Source: Octopus sinensis (taxonomy: Eukaryota). From it: a DNA stretch of 63,663 bases. The notes beneath the pieces are model-generated. The model ran no database searches. It was not told where the DNA came from and saw only the letters and a program-made list of their open reading frames with translations. The position numbers and the translations under genes are program-made. Numbering within the stretch: position 1 is the stretch's first letter; each line of letters begins with the position of its first letter. Below, one piece after another: positions 52,343 to 63,663 of this stretch. The DNA lies in NCBI RefSeq assembly GCF_006345805.1, contig NW_021831877.1, forward strand, positions 1-63,663, written 5' to 3'.

Positions 52343-55300
52343 GCATTTTGTCTTGGCTACACGCGGGTGGAGGGGCTGGTGACACAAACTTTCATTCAAA
52401 CTTTGAATTTCGTGGTACTGGTCATGCTTTAGCTCGCTCTGATTGAGATGATGCATTCTAGTATCTCAAAATTAATATACAATTATTCATATTGTAGTAT
52501 CCTGCGCCGATGAGAGAAGAAGTACGGGTAAAGTAGAATTTTCTAATTCTTACGCTATCCTAAAACTTGATCTCGAAACGTACGTCCGTAGGTAACGTAA
52601 AATTGCATGATGGATTGCCGTCATTTCATTCTTTCTTTCTTACCTGTCTGTGTTTGCCTTTCAAGTGCTGTGTTTTTACTGAGATCCCCCTTTTAGTAGA
52701 AGGAATAGCTATATCTCTTTGACTGCTATTTCTAAATTCGGTGTGTTGGTGAGGCAATTCGTTGCTAAACCCTAATTACTTAGTATTACTTAAATTTTCC
52801 TCGAATGGGGCTTTTACATGCTGAAATCTACTTGGTGTAATTGATAATTATCCCTAATTAATTAATTTCACCTTTTATTATTACTGATAACCATATTTTA
52901 TCCCAGTAAATGACCACAGCATTTTGTCTTGTCTACACGCGGGTGGAAGGGGGCTGGTGACACAAACTTTCATTCAAACTTTGAATTTCGTGGTACTGGT
53001 CATGCTTAGCTCGCTCTGAGTTGAGATGATGCATTCTAGTATCTCAAAATTAATATACAATTATTCATAATTGTAGTATCCTTGCGCCGATGAGAGAAGA
53101 AGTACGGGTAAAGTAGAATTTTCTAATTCTTACGCTATCCTAAAACTTGATCTCGAAACGTACGTCCGTAGGTAACGTAAAATGCATGATGGATTGCCGT
53201 CATTTCATTCTTTCTTTCTTACCTGTCTGTGTTTGCCTTTCAAGTGCTGTGTTTTTACTGAGATCCCCCTTTTAGTAGAAGGAATAGCTATATCCTCTTT
53301 GACTGCTATTTCTAAATTCGGTGTGTTGGTGAGGCAATTCGTTGCTAAACCCTTAATTACTTAGTATTACTAAATTTTCCTCGAATGGGGCTTTTACATG
53401 CTGAAATCTACTTGGTGTAATTGATAATTATCCCTAATTAATTAATTTCACCTTTTATTATTACTGATAACCATATTTTATCCCAGTAAATGACCCCATT
53501 TTTGCTTGGCTACACGCGGGTGGAAGGGGGCTGGTGACACAAACTTTCATTCAAACTTTGAATTTCGTGGTACTGGTCATGCTTTAGCTCGCTCTGAGTT
53601 GAGATGATGCATTCTAGTATCTCAAAATTTAATATACAATTATTCATAATTGTAGTATCCTCCTGCGCGATGAGAGAAGAAGTACGGGTAAAGTAGAATT
53701 TTCTAATTCTTACGCTATCCTAAAACTTGATCTCGAACGTACGTCCGTAGGTAACGTAAAATTGCATGATGGATTGCCGTCATTTCATTCTTTCTTTCTT
53801 ACCTGTCTGTGTTTGCCTTTCACAGTGTGTTGTTTACTGAGATCCCCCTTTTAGTAGAAGGAATAGCTATATCTCTTTGACTGCTATTTCTAAATTCGGT
53901 GTGTTGGTGAGGCAATTCGTTGCTAAACCCTTAATTACTTAGTATTACTTAAATTTTCCTCGAATGGGGCTTTTACATGCTGAAATCTACTTGGTGTAAT
54001 GATAATTATCCCTAATTAATTAATTTCACCTTTTATTATTACTGATAACCATATTTTATCCCAGTAAATGACCACAGCATTTTGTCTTGGCTACACGCGG
54101 GTGGAAGGGGGCTGGTGACACAAACTTTCATTCAAACTTTGAATTCGTGGTACTGGTCATGCTTTAGCTCGCTCTGAGTTGAGATGATGCATTCTAGTAT
54201 CTCAAAATTTAATATACAATTATTCATAATTGTAGTATCCTGCGCCGATGAGAGAAGAAGTACGGGTAAAGTAGAATTTTCTAATTCTTACGCTATCCTA
54301 AAACTTGATCTCGAAACGTACGTCCGTAGGTAACGTAAAATTGCATGATGGATTGCCGTCATTTCATTCTTTCTTTCTTACCTGTCTGTGTTTGCCTTTC
54401 AAGTGCTGTGTTTTTACTGAGATCCCCCTTTTAGTAGAAGGAATAGCTATATCTCTTTGACTGCTATTTCTAAATTCGGTGTGTTGGTGAGGCAATTCGT
54501 TGCTAAACCCTTAATTACTTAGTATTACTTAAATTTTCCTCGAATGGGGCTTTTACATGCTGAAATCTACTTGGTGTAATTGATAATTATCCCTAATTAA
54601 TTAATTTCACCTTTTATTATTACTGATAACCATATTTTATCCCAGTAATGACCACAGCATTTTGTCTTGGCTATACGCGGGTGGAAGGGGCTGGACACAA
54701 ACTTTCATTCAAACTTTGAATTTCGTGGTACTGGTCATGCTTTAGCTCGCTCTGAGTTGAGATGATGCATTCTAGTATCTCAAAATTTAATATACAATTA
54801 TTCATAATTGTAGTATCCTGCGCCGATGAGAGAAGAAGTACGGGTAAAGTAGAATTTTCTAATTCTTACGCTATCCTAAAACTTGATCTCGAAACGTACG
54901 TCCGTAGGTAACGTAAAATTGCATGATGGATTGCCGTCATTTCATTCTTTCTTTCTTACCTGTCTGTGTTTGCCTTTCAAGTGCTGTGTTTTTACTGAGA
55001 TCCCCCTTTTAGTAGAAGGAATAGCTATATCTCTTTGACTGCTATTTCTAAATTCGGTGTGTTGGTGAGGCAATTCGTTGCTAAACCCTTAATTACTTAG
55101 TATTACTTAAATTTTCCTCGAATGGGGCTTTTACATGCTGAATCTACTTGGTGTAATTGATAATTATCCCTAATTAATTAATTTCACCTTTTATTATTAC
55201 TGATAACCATATTTTATCCCAGTAAATGACCACAGCATTTTGTCTTGGCTACACGCGGGTGGAAGGGGGCTGGTGACACAAACTTTCATTCAAACTTTGA

Positions 55301-56851
55301 ATTTCGTGGTACTGGTCATGCTTTAGCTCGCTCTGAGTTGAGATGATGCATTCTAGTATCTCAAAATTTAATATACAATTATTCATAATTGTAGTATCCT
55401 GCGCCGATGAGAGAAGAAGTACGGGTAAAGTAGAATTTTCTAATTCTTACGCTATCCTAAAACTTGATCTCGAAACGTACGTCCGTAGGTAACGTAAAAT
55501 TGCATGATGGATTGCCGTCATTTCATTCTTTCTTTCTTTCTTACCTGTCTGTGTTTGCCTTTCAAGTGCTGTGTTTTTACTGAGATCCCCCTTTTAGTAG
55601 AAGGAATAGCTATATCTCTTTGACTGCTATTTCTAAATTCGGTGTGTTGGTGAGGCATTTGTTGCTAACCCTTAATTACTTAGTATTACTTAAATTTTCC
55701 TCGAATGGGGCTTTTACATGCTGAAATCTACTTGGTGTAATTGATAATTATCCCTAATTAATTAATTTACCTTTTATTATTACTGATAACCATATTTTAT
55801 CCCAGTAAATGACCACAGCATTTTGTCTTGGCTACACGCGGGTGGAAGGGGGCTGGTGACACAAACTTTCATTCAAACTTTGAATTTCGTTGGGTACTGG
55901 TCATGCTTTAGCTCGCTCTGAGTTGAGATGATGCATTCTAGTATCTCAAAATTTAATATACAATTATTCATAATTGTAGTATCCTGCGCCGATGAGAGAA
56001 GAAGTACGGGTAAAGTAGAATTTTTCTAATCTTACGCTATCTAAAACTGATCTCGAAACGTACGTCCGTAGGTAACGTAAAATTGCATGATGGATTGCCG
56101 TCATTTCATTCTTTCTTTTTACCTGTCTGTGTTTGCCTTTCAAGTGCTGTGTTTTTACTGAGATCCCCCTTTTAGTAGAAGGAATAGCTATATCTCTTTG
56201 ACTGCTATTTCTAAATTCGGTTGTGTTGGTGAGGCAATTCGTTGCTAAACCCTTAATTACTTAGTATTACTTAAATTTTCCTCGAATGGGGCTTTTACAT
56301 GCTGAAATCTACTTGGTGTAATTGATAATATCCCTAATTAATTAATTTCAACTTTTATATTACTGATAACCATATTTTATCCCAGTAAATGACCACAGCA
56401 TTTTGTCTTGGCTACACGCGGGTGGAAGGGGGCTGGTGACACAAACTTTCATTCAAACTTTGAATTTCGTGGTACTGGTCATGCTTTAGCTCGCTCTGAG
56501 TTGAGATGATGCATTCTAGTATCTCAAAATTTAATATACAATTATTCATAATTGTAGTATCCTGCGCCGATGAGAGAAGAAGTACGGGTAAAGTAGAATT
56601 TTCTAATTCTTACGCTATCCTAAAACTTGATCTCGAAACGTACGTCCGTAGGTAACGTAAAATTGCATGATGGATTGCCGTCATTTCATTCTTTCTTTCT
56701 TACCTGTCTGTGTTTGCCTTTCAAGTGCTGTGTTTTTACTGAGATCCCCCTTTTAGTAGAAGGAATAGCTATATCTCTTTGACTGCTATTTCTAAATTCG
56801 GTGTGTTGGTGAGGCAATTCGTTGCTAAACCCTTAATTACTTAGTATTACT

Positions 56852-56853
<2 letters not shown>
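52343..56853 (+). repeat. Head-to-tail tandem array, ~7.8 copies of a ~580-bp non-coding unit (retrozyme-like)
   Basis: Units start at ~52343, 52919, 53496, 54077, 54657, 55235, 55818 and 56398 (last one partial). They differ mainly by 1-nt indels; (TA)n lies on both sides. Confidence 0.97.
52501..52592 (+). ncRNA. Type I hammerhead ribozyme (unit 1; repeated at ~53080-53172, 53662-53751, 54239-54330, 54817-54908, 55398-55489, 55983-56072, 56561-56652)
   Basis: Stem I cctgcg/cgtagg; core CCGATGA; stem II gaga/tctc extended by aag/ctt, gggta/tatcc and gtagaatt/aattcttac; GAAA; palindromic stem III ACGTACGT; predicted cleavage after GUC at 52586. Confidence 0.8.
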
Positions 56854-56884
<31 letters not shown>

Positions 56885-57665
56885 CATTGATATATATATA
56901 TATATGTGCGTGTGTGTGTTTATGTATAAGTACGTTAGTGAGTGTATGTACATACATAGGACCTTCTAGAAAGCTGTATAAGGATGTCTATCGTTGATGC
57001 ATATATGCTGCAACTGAATCAACTAACTGTACATGAATGCTACATTAAAGGGAATTAGGGCACTTATGCAGCAGAAACACGTGTCGGATTGGAATCCAAT
57101 GTGAATCTAATGAGAATAAGCTTGTAAGAAACAAGTTTTGAAGATATTGTATAATTCTAGATTCTTCTTTATGATGTCTTAATTATTCATATACATATAT
57201 ACATGTATGCATATATGTATGCATTCATATATATATATATACATATATGTACACGAGCATAGACAATCTATGTAACTATCTGTCTATTTATGTATGAAAC
57301 GTAATCAAGTGACCAACCGGACCATCAGATGTTGTGACATATCACTGGTCACAATGCACTTTGTTTTGTTTTAGCCTTCGAACGACGCCACCCCGCTGGC
57401 TAGGGGAGCAGGCCGACGTTTCCACCTGATCGAAAGGGTGACTGGAGCAACGTGAAAGGAGGTGTTTTGTTCAAGGACACAACGCACCGCCCGGACTGGG
57501 AATCGAAACAACGGTCTAGCGATTATAAGTGCAACGTCCTAATCACTAGGCCACGCACCTTCACACAAATACACACGCACGCACACACACACACACACAC
57601 AAACACATACACACACACGTATATACGTGGAGTTGAATACATGTCCGGTCATAGATATATATATG

Positions 57666-57930
57666 CTCTTTTATTCTTTTACTTGTTTCAGTTATTTGAC
57701 TGCGGACATGCTGGAGCACCGCCCTTAGTGGAACAAATCGACACCAGGAATTATTCTTTGTAAGCCTAGTACTTATTCTATCGGTTTCTTTTGCGGAACC
57801 GCTAGGTTACGGGGACGTAAACACACCAAAATCTGTTGTCAAGTGATGGTGGAGGGACAAACACAGACACACCCACAAATATATACATATATATATATAT
57901 ATTTATATACATATACGACGGGCTTCCGTC
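57666..57930 (-). mobile_element. SINE family A, 3' part
   Basis: Diagnostic body. Confidence 0.82.
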
Positions 57931-58159
57931 AGTTATCTGTGGGGACATATTTTGTAGAAAAAAGACATAGCAATCTTTTGGCCGCTATTTCTAAAGTTTT
58001 CGGTATGTGGTCATTAATAGACCCTTAATTATTGTTATGTATATATATATATATATAATATCTTTGCAGTTTTACCGTTTTGGAAATCAGCACACATGTT
58101 TTCAACGGTTTTCCTTATGAGATTGACAGAGGTAGTCTAGTTTAACTCTAGGCGTTAAG

Positions 58160-58215
58160 GGTCACTGATGAGGATTAAGATGGTCTAGATCAAAATCGGA
58201 AATCGCGCTCCGACT
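58160..58215 (+). ncRNA. Degenerate type I hammerhead motif
   Basis: ggtca CTGATGA ggatt..aatcg GAAA tcgcgc TC cgact; mismatches at the bases of the stems. Confidence 0.5.
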
Positions 58216-58409
58216 ATGTACGCTGGGGACTTACTTCCCTTTGTAAGTCATTAGGACAGTGCTTTTCTTGCTTTTTGAGTTGTATTAGTTCTTATTTTTA
58301 GCAAAAGTGGTGCTAGTCACTGCCATCTGTCACTGAGGGGGCTAAAAATATTTACTACAGAATCCAGCGGTCACTGGTGCACACGTGTCCGTGCGCGTAG
58401 ACCATACAT

Positions 58410-58476
58410 TCAGATAGGTAGGTAGATAGATAGACAGACAGGCAGACTAACAAACAGACAGACAGACAGACAGACA

Positions 58477-58531
<55 letters not shown>

Positions 58532-58547
58532 TAGATAGATAGATGTT

Positions 58548-58640
<93 letters not shown>
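58410..58640. repeat. (GATA)n/(GACA)n microsatellite
   Basis: Direct inspection. Confidence 0.95.
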
Positions 58641-59524
58641 GTTTCTTTATTGGCCACACAGGGCTGCACACAGATGGGACAAGTTACAAGGTAGAGCTTT
58701 TCTTTTGGGGGAAAAAAAAGGATGGATGGATAGAATGATAGATAGATAAATAATACGTACATGTGTACATCGTTTTGAACATATAAAGGTATGTGTTTAT
58801 ATGTATTTCGAGAGAGAGGCTATTTAAATATTCTGTAAATAACCTCCTTTCTCTCCCTCCCTCCATCTCTCTCCCTCCCTCCCTCTCTCTCCATTCCTCC
58901 CTCTCTCTTTCTCTAAGTATTTTTGGATATAAGCAACAAAGGCTTGTACAACATTTTCGCCACTCTTTTGGTCACCTCAGTAAGTTCCAGTGACGAGCGT
59001 TCTAAGATGACTGCTACTATTTTGACCACAAGTTTTATGTCAGTGAATCAAAATTAACGGAAGCCTGCTCTACCCCTGGGGAATCTCTTCCACAGATACG
59101 CGTACCCTTAACCTAGTCCTCAGGGAGATTCAGCGTGACACAGAATATGACATGGCTAGCCTTTTGAGGTACTGGCACCACTCATTTTTGCCTGCTGAGT
59201 GAACTGGAAGACGTGAAATAAAGAGTCTTGTTCAAGGACACAACGCGTGACCGGGAATTGAACTCGTGACCTTACGATCCTGAGCTGAATACCCTAACCA
59301 CTAAGCCACGCGCTTTCACACGCCTATTTAACCCATAAACGGGGTCACTGACAGGGGTTAGCGTACCCGATCAAAACGGCACTCTGAGTAATGGTATTCC
59401 ACGCTTACTACAACGCCAGAGCTTCCGAACAGGATTTTCACTACTGGATAGAGTTCAGTGTCACACCCAGGATATGTGTGCGTGTATGCGAGCGTGCGCG
59501 CGCGCGTGTGCGTATATATATATA

Positions 59525-59766
59525 TATTCTTTTATTTGTTTCAGTCATTTGACTGCGGCCATGCTAGAGAACCACCTTTAACCTAACAAATCGATCCCAA
59601 GACTTATTCTTTGTAAGCCCAGTATTTATTCTGTCGGCTTATATTGTCGAACCACTAAGTTGCATGGACATAAACACAGCAACATCGGTTGTCAAGCGAT
59701 AATGGGAGGGGGACAAACACAGACACACAAACACACACACATACACACACACGCACGCACACACAG

Positions 59767-59814
<48 letters not shown>

Positions 59815-59980
59815 TTATATACAACGGGATTCTTTCAGCTTCGGTGTACCATATTCACTCACAAAGCTTTGGTCAGCCCGAGGCTAAAGTAGAAAACACT
59901 TCCTCAAGGTACCACGCAGTGGGGCTGAACCCGGAACCATGTGACTGGTAAACAATCTACTTACCACACTGCCACGCCAT
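59525..59980 (-). mobile_element. SINE family A, full length
   Basis: Diagnostic body and head. Confidence 0.85.
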
Positions 59981-60036
59981 AATATAATTTAATTAATTGA
60001 TGGAGACGCGGCATCACTCTATCCTAGCGTGTGTTG

Positions 60037-60113
<77 letters not shown>

Positions 60114-60133
60114 CATATGTACGCATGTATGTA

Positions 60134-60164
<31 letters not shown>

Positions 60165-60731
60165 TAGTTCAGAATTTAATTATAAATCTAATGAGTTATG
60201 TTTTGAGAAAAATAAAAAAAGAGAAACTAATTATTAAATGTGTAGCAAAAAGAAAAGACTAATCAATGATAATTACACAGAAACAGAAAAAAATATTACA
60301 AAGATATTCCGAGGAGCAAAGAAGAGAAATGAAAGAATGGTAAACTAGAGATATAAGACAATCAGGTGATACAGCAGAAGAACAACAGAACTGGCGCAAA
60401 TAAGAGGGGGGGGGAGTGGACTAAAAATAGAAGCCTTATCAAAGCGACAAAAGAAGTGACTAGAACAAACCTTCTTAGAAAAATATTAGACGTAAGATTT
60501 TATTAATACTATTGTTATTACCGTTCTTGTTGATGTTGATGTTGTTGTTGCTGTTGTTGCTGACGTCGTTGCCGTTGTCAATGTTGAGGCTTTTGTGTGG
60601 GATGTTTGGTAAATAGACAAAAACTGTCAATCATTTTGTTGTTTTTCTTTTCCTTTCTTACGTGAACGTGGTAGAAATACCACAAAACATAAAGGAAAAT
60701 GCATACGAAGACAAAGATGGGTGATTGCAGA

Positions 60732-60762
<31 letters not shown>

Positions 60763-60996
60763 GTTGTGTGAATAGGTAGGGGTACAGAAGATGCACTAGG
60801 AATATATAAAAGCATATATCATACAATCGCCATTCCAGAAAATTTTTATTAAAATTGACAAGTAAAAAGATCACGTAAGACTTCTCCGAGTAAACTCCGC
60901 TAATAGAGACATAAAACGCAGATATGATTTATGATAGAAGTAAAGAGAAAAGCAAACACATCACTATATAATCACACACCCCACCACACACACACG

Positions 60997-61114
<118 letters not shown>

Positions 61115-61474
61115 ATGTACCATATGCTCGCGTATATTTCAATATCCTGTGGTATTTATCTATAAGAACAGATCCGGTAATAGAAATGCAGAGAGACCAG
61201 TTATGAGTATAATACAGAAAATGTGGAATTTAAGCAAGATTATGTATTTTGTTGACATATATTATTAAAAGAGATTTGGGATTTAATCTCTATTAAACTG
61301 AACGTGTAATTAAGTCAGAGAGAAGGAGAGAGAGAGCAGATGTGATCATAATAAATGAAAATGTAGTAAGAGCGGTAATATTTGTTATCGTACGAGCGCT
61401 ATGAACACCAGCACTGGCTATGTCTTTCGAGTAATAAAGAATAATATGCATGTGTGTGTGTGTGTGTGTGTGTA

Positions 61475-62110
61475 TGTGGCTGTGTGGTAAGAAGTTTGCA
61501 TTCCAACCACATGGTTACGGGTTCAGTCCCACTGCGTAGCACCTTTGGCAGGTTTTTTTCTGTTATAGCATAGGGACAACCAAAACCTTGTGAGTGGATT
61601 TGGTAGATGGAAACTGAAAGAATCCCGTTGTATATATTTATGTATATATGTGTGTGTATGTGTATGGGTCAGTATCTGAGTGTGTGAGAGAGAGAGAGAG
61701 AAAGTTTGTGTGTGTGTGTGTGTGTGTGTGAGTGAGTGCGTGTGTGTGTTGCTGTGTGGTAAAAAGTTTGCTTTCCAGTAACATGGTTCCGGGTTCAGTC
61801 TCACTGCGCGTCACATTGGGCAATTGTCTTCTATAGCTTCGAGCCGACTAAAACCTTGTGATGGAAATTGAAAGAAGACTCCAAGTTTGTGTGTGTGTGT
61901 CCCACAAATTTGCCCCACCCCCACTACTACTTGATAAACAGTGGCGCTGTGCTTAAACGCTCGTAACTTAGTGGTTCGGCAAAAGACTCTGACAGAATAA
62001 GTAACAGGCTTAAAAAGATTCCGTACAGTGCTCGATTTGTTTAATTAAAATTCTTGAAAGTGGTACCCAGTCGGCCACGGTCTAGTGACTGAAACAAATA
62101 ATGATAAAAG
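61475..62110 (+). mobile_element. Two tandem SINE A heads plus diverged 3' body
   Basis: gctgtgtggtaa..ggttcagtc heads at ~61478 and ~61750. Confidence 0.78.
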
Positions 62111-62529
62111 ATATATTTATAACTTGTAGGGACATGGCGTTAAACTGTGCAACCATACTATACTACAAAGTATATAAAATGTTTTTATAAGTGAATACTG
62201 TGTTCTACTGTGTTAGCAGTGCTCCTACATCATTGTTAATGTTATCCCCCCAAATTTTCGATAGAAATTATAACCAGCACTGATTTTGATACGACGTGTT
62301 CGTGTCCGAGACTGCTTATGTAAACAACACCTAGGAAGAATTTGTACTGCAACAGAGCTAACTATATTGCACATAAATACTACATTAAAGGTTATTAAGA
62401 CACTAATGCAACAGAAACACGTGTCGAATTGAAATCTAATGTGAATAATTCGGTAATAAACAATTTTTGATGTATAATTATCCATCCTTCTTTATTATGT
62501 TTTGATAATATGCATGTATGTAAGAATAT

Positions 62530-62561
<32 letters not shown>

Positions 62562-62745
62562 CGAGTGACTTGATCTGAGATCGTGTGCTGGAACGAAAAC
62601 AATTGCAGCGTGGAAGGTGTTTATAAGCCATTTAAGAAACACACAAAACCATTAGATTCAAAATATTTTAGTCGTTTTGAGACCGTGGTCTGTTCAATAA
62701 CAAAACTTCGTGCTGTTGAAGTGAATCTAACGGTTTTGTGTGTTT

Positions 62746-62783
<38 letters not shown>

Positions 62784-63180
62784 TATGCATATACACACAC
62801 GCACACACACACATGAATACATGGATCTATGTATATGGACGTATGTATGTATATATAAGTCTATGTGGAAAGAAGTTGTTCTTTCCTGGGGCTATTTATC
62901 CAAATGTTCACCGGTTTATCTCCATACCAATTAATGATTCTGGGAATTCCTTCATTGAATGCAGTTTCGTATGTCCGTGAATTTAGCTGCATTATCGTCC
63001 CTGATGCACGCAATCACTGCAACATGTGTCTAACATGGAGTTTGTTGCTCGTAGATCATCGCTAACATACTCACGAAAATATATTTAAAGCACAGAATCT
63101 AAACACGCCCACATGTATTTGTATAGCTGGAGCCAATATATGCTAGCTTAGTTTTTCCTTGGGGCTGGCCGGATCGGAGC

Positions 63181-63600
<420 letters not shown>

Positions 63601-63663
63601 GCATACATATATCCTGATATATCTCATAGAGCCTTAGACGCTAACGCATTTTACACACATACA

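Noticed and set aside
52343-56853. Array as CRISPR, rDNA/5S/snRNA cluster or coding repeat
   Set aside because: No repeat-spacer structure, no recognisable structural-RNA gene sequence, and no ORF conserved across units.
59341-59390. gggtcactgacag...tcaaaacggcactctgag hammerhead-like spacing
   Set aside because: Both core strands deviate and the stems are weak.

Overview
AT-rich, repeat-saturated eukaryotic non-coding DNA (intergenic or intronic). The tRNA-derived SINE families and the microsatellite load look like an octopus (coleoid cephalopod) genome; this is pattern recognition, not a database result. No intact host gene is supportable, and nearly all listed ORFs are microsatellite or SINE artefacts. 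Recognisable mobile elements: a degraded restriction-like-endonuclease (R2/R4-type) non-LTR element, two Tx1/L1-clade LINE relics, CR1-like and RTE-like 3' ends, a Chapaev3-like transposase relic, a mariner MITE, three copies of a GG-terminated MITE with 8-bp TSD, and dozens of SINEs. The main discovery is a ~4.5 kb head-to-tail array (52343-56853, ~7.8 x ~580 bp, non-coding). Each unit carries a type I hammerhead ribozyme fold with a variant CCGAUGA core, a long extended stem II and a palindromic minimal stem III, suggesting a candidate retrozyme or Penelope-derived circular-RNA element. A second near-canonical hammerhead (36700-36772) sits in a different repeat unit of similar architecture, and several decayed hammerhead-like motifs are scattered through the window.
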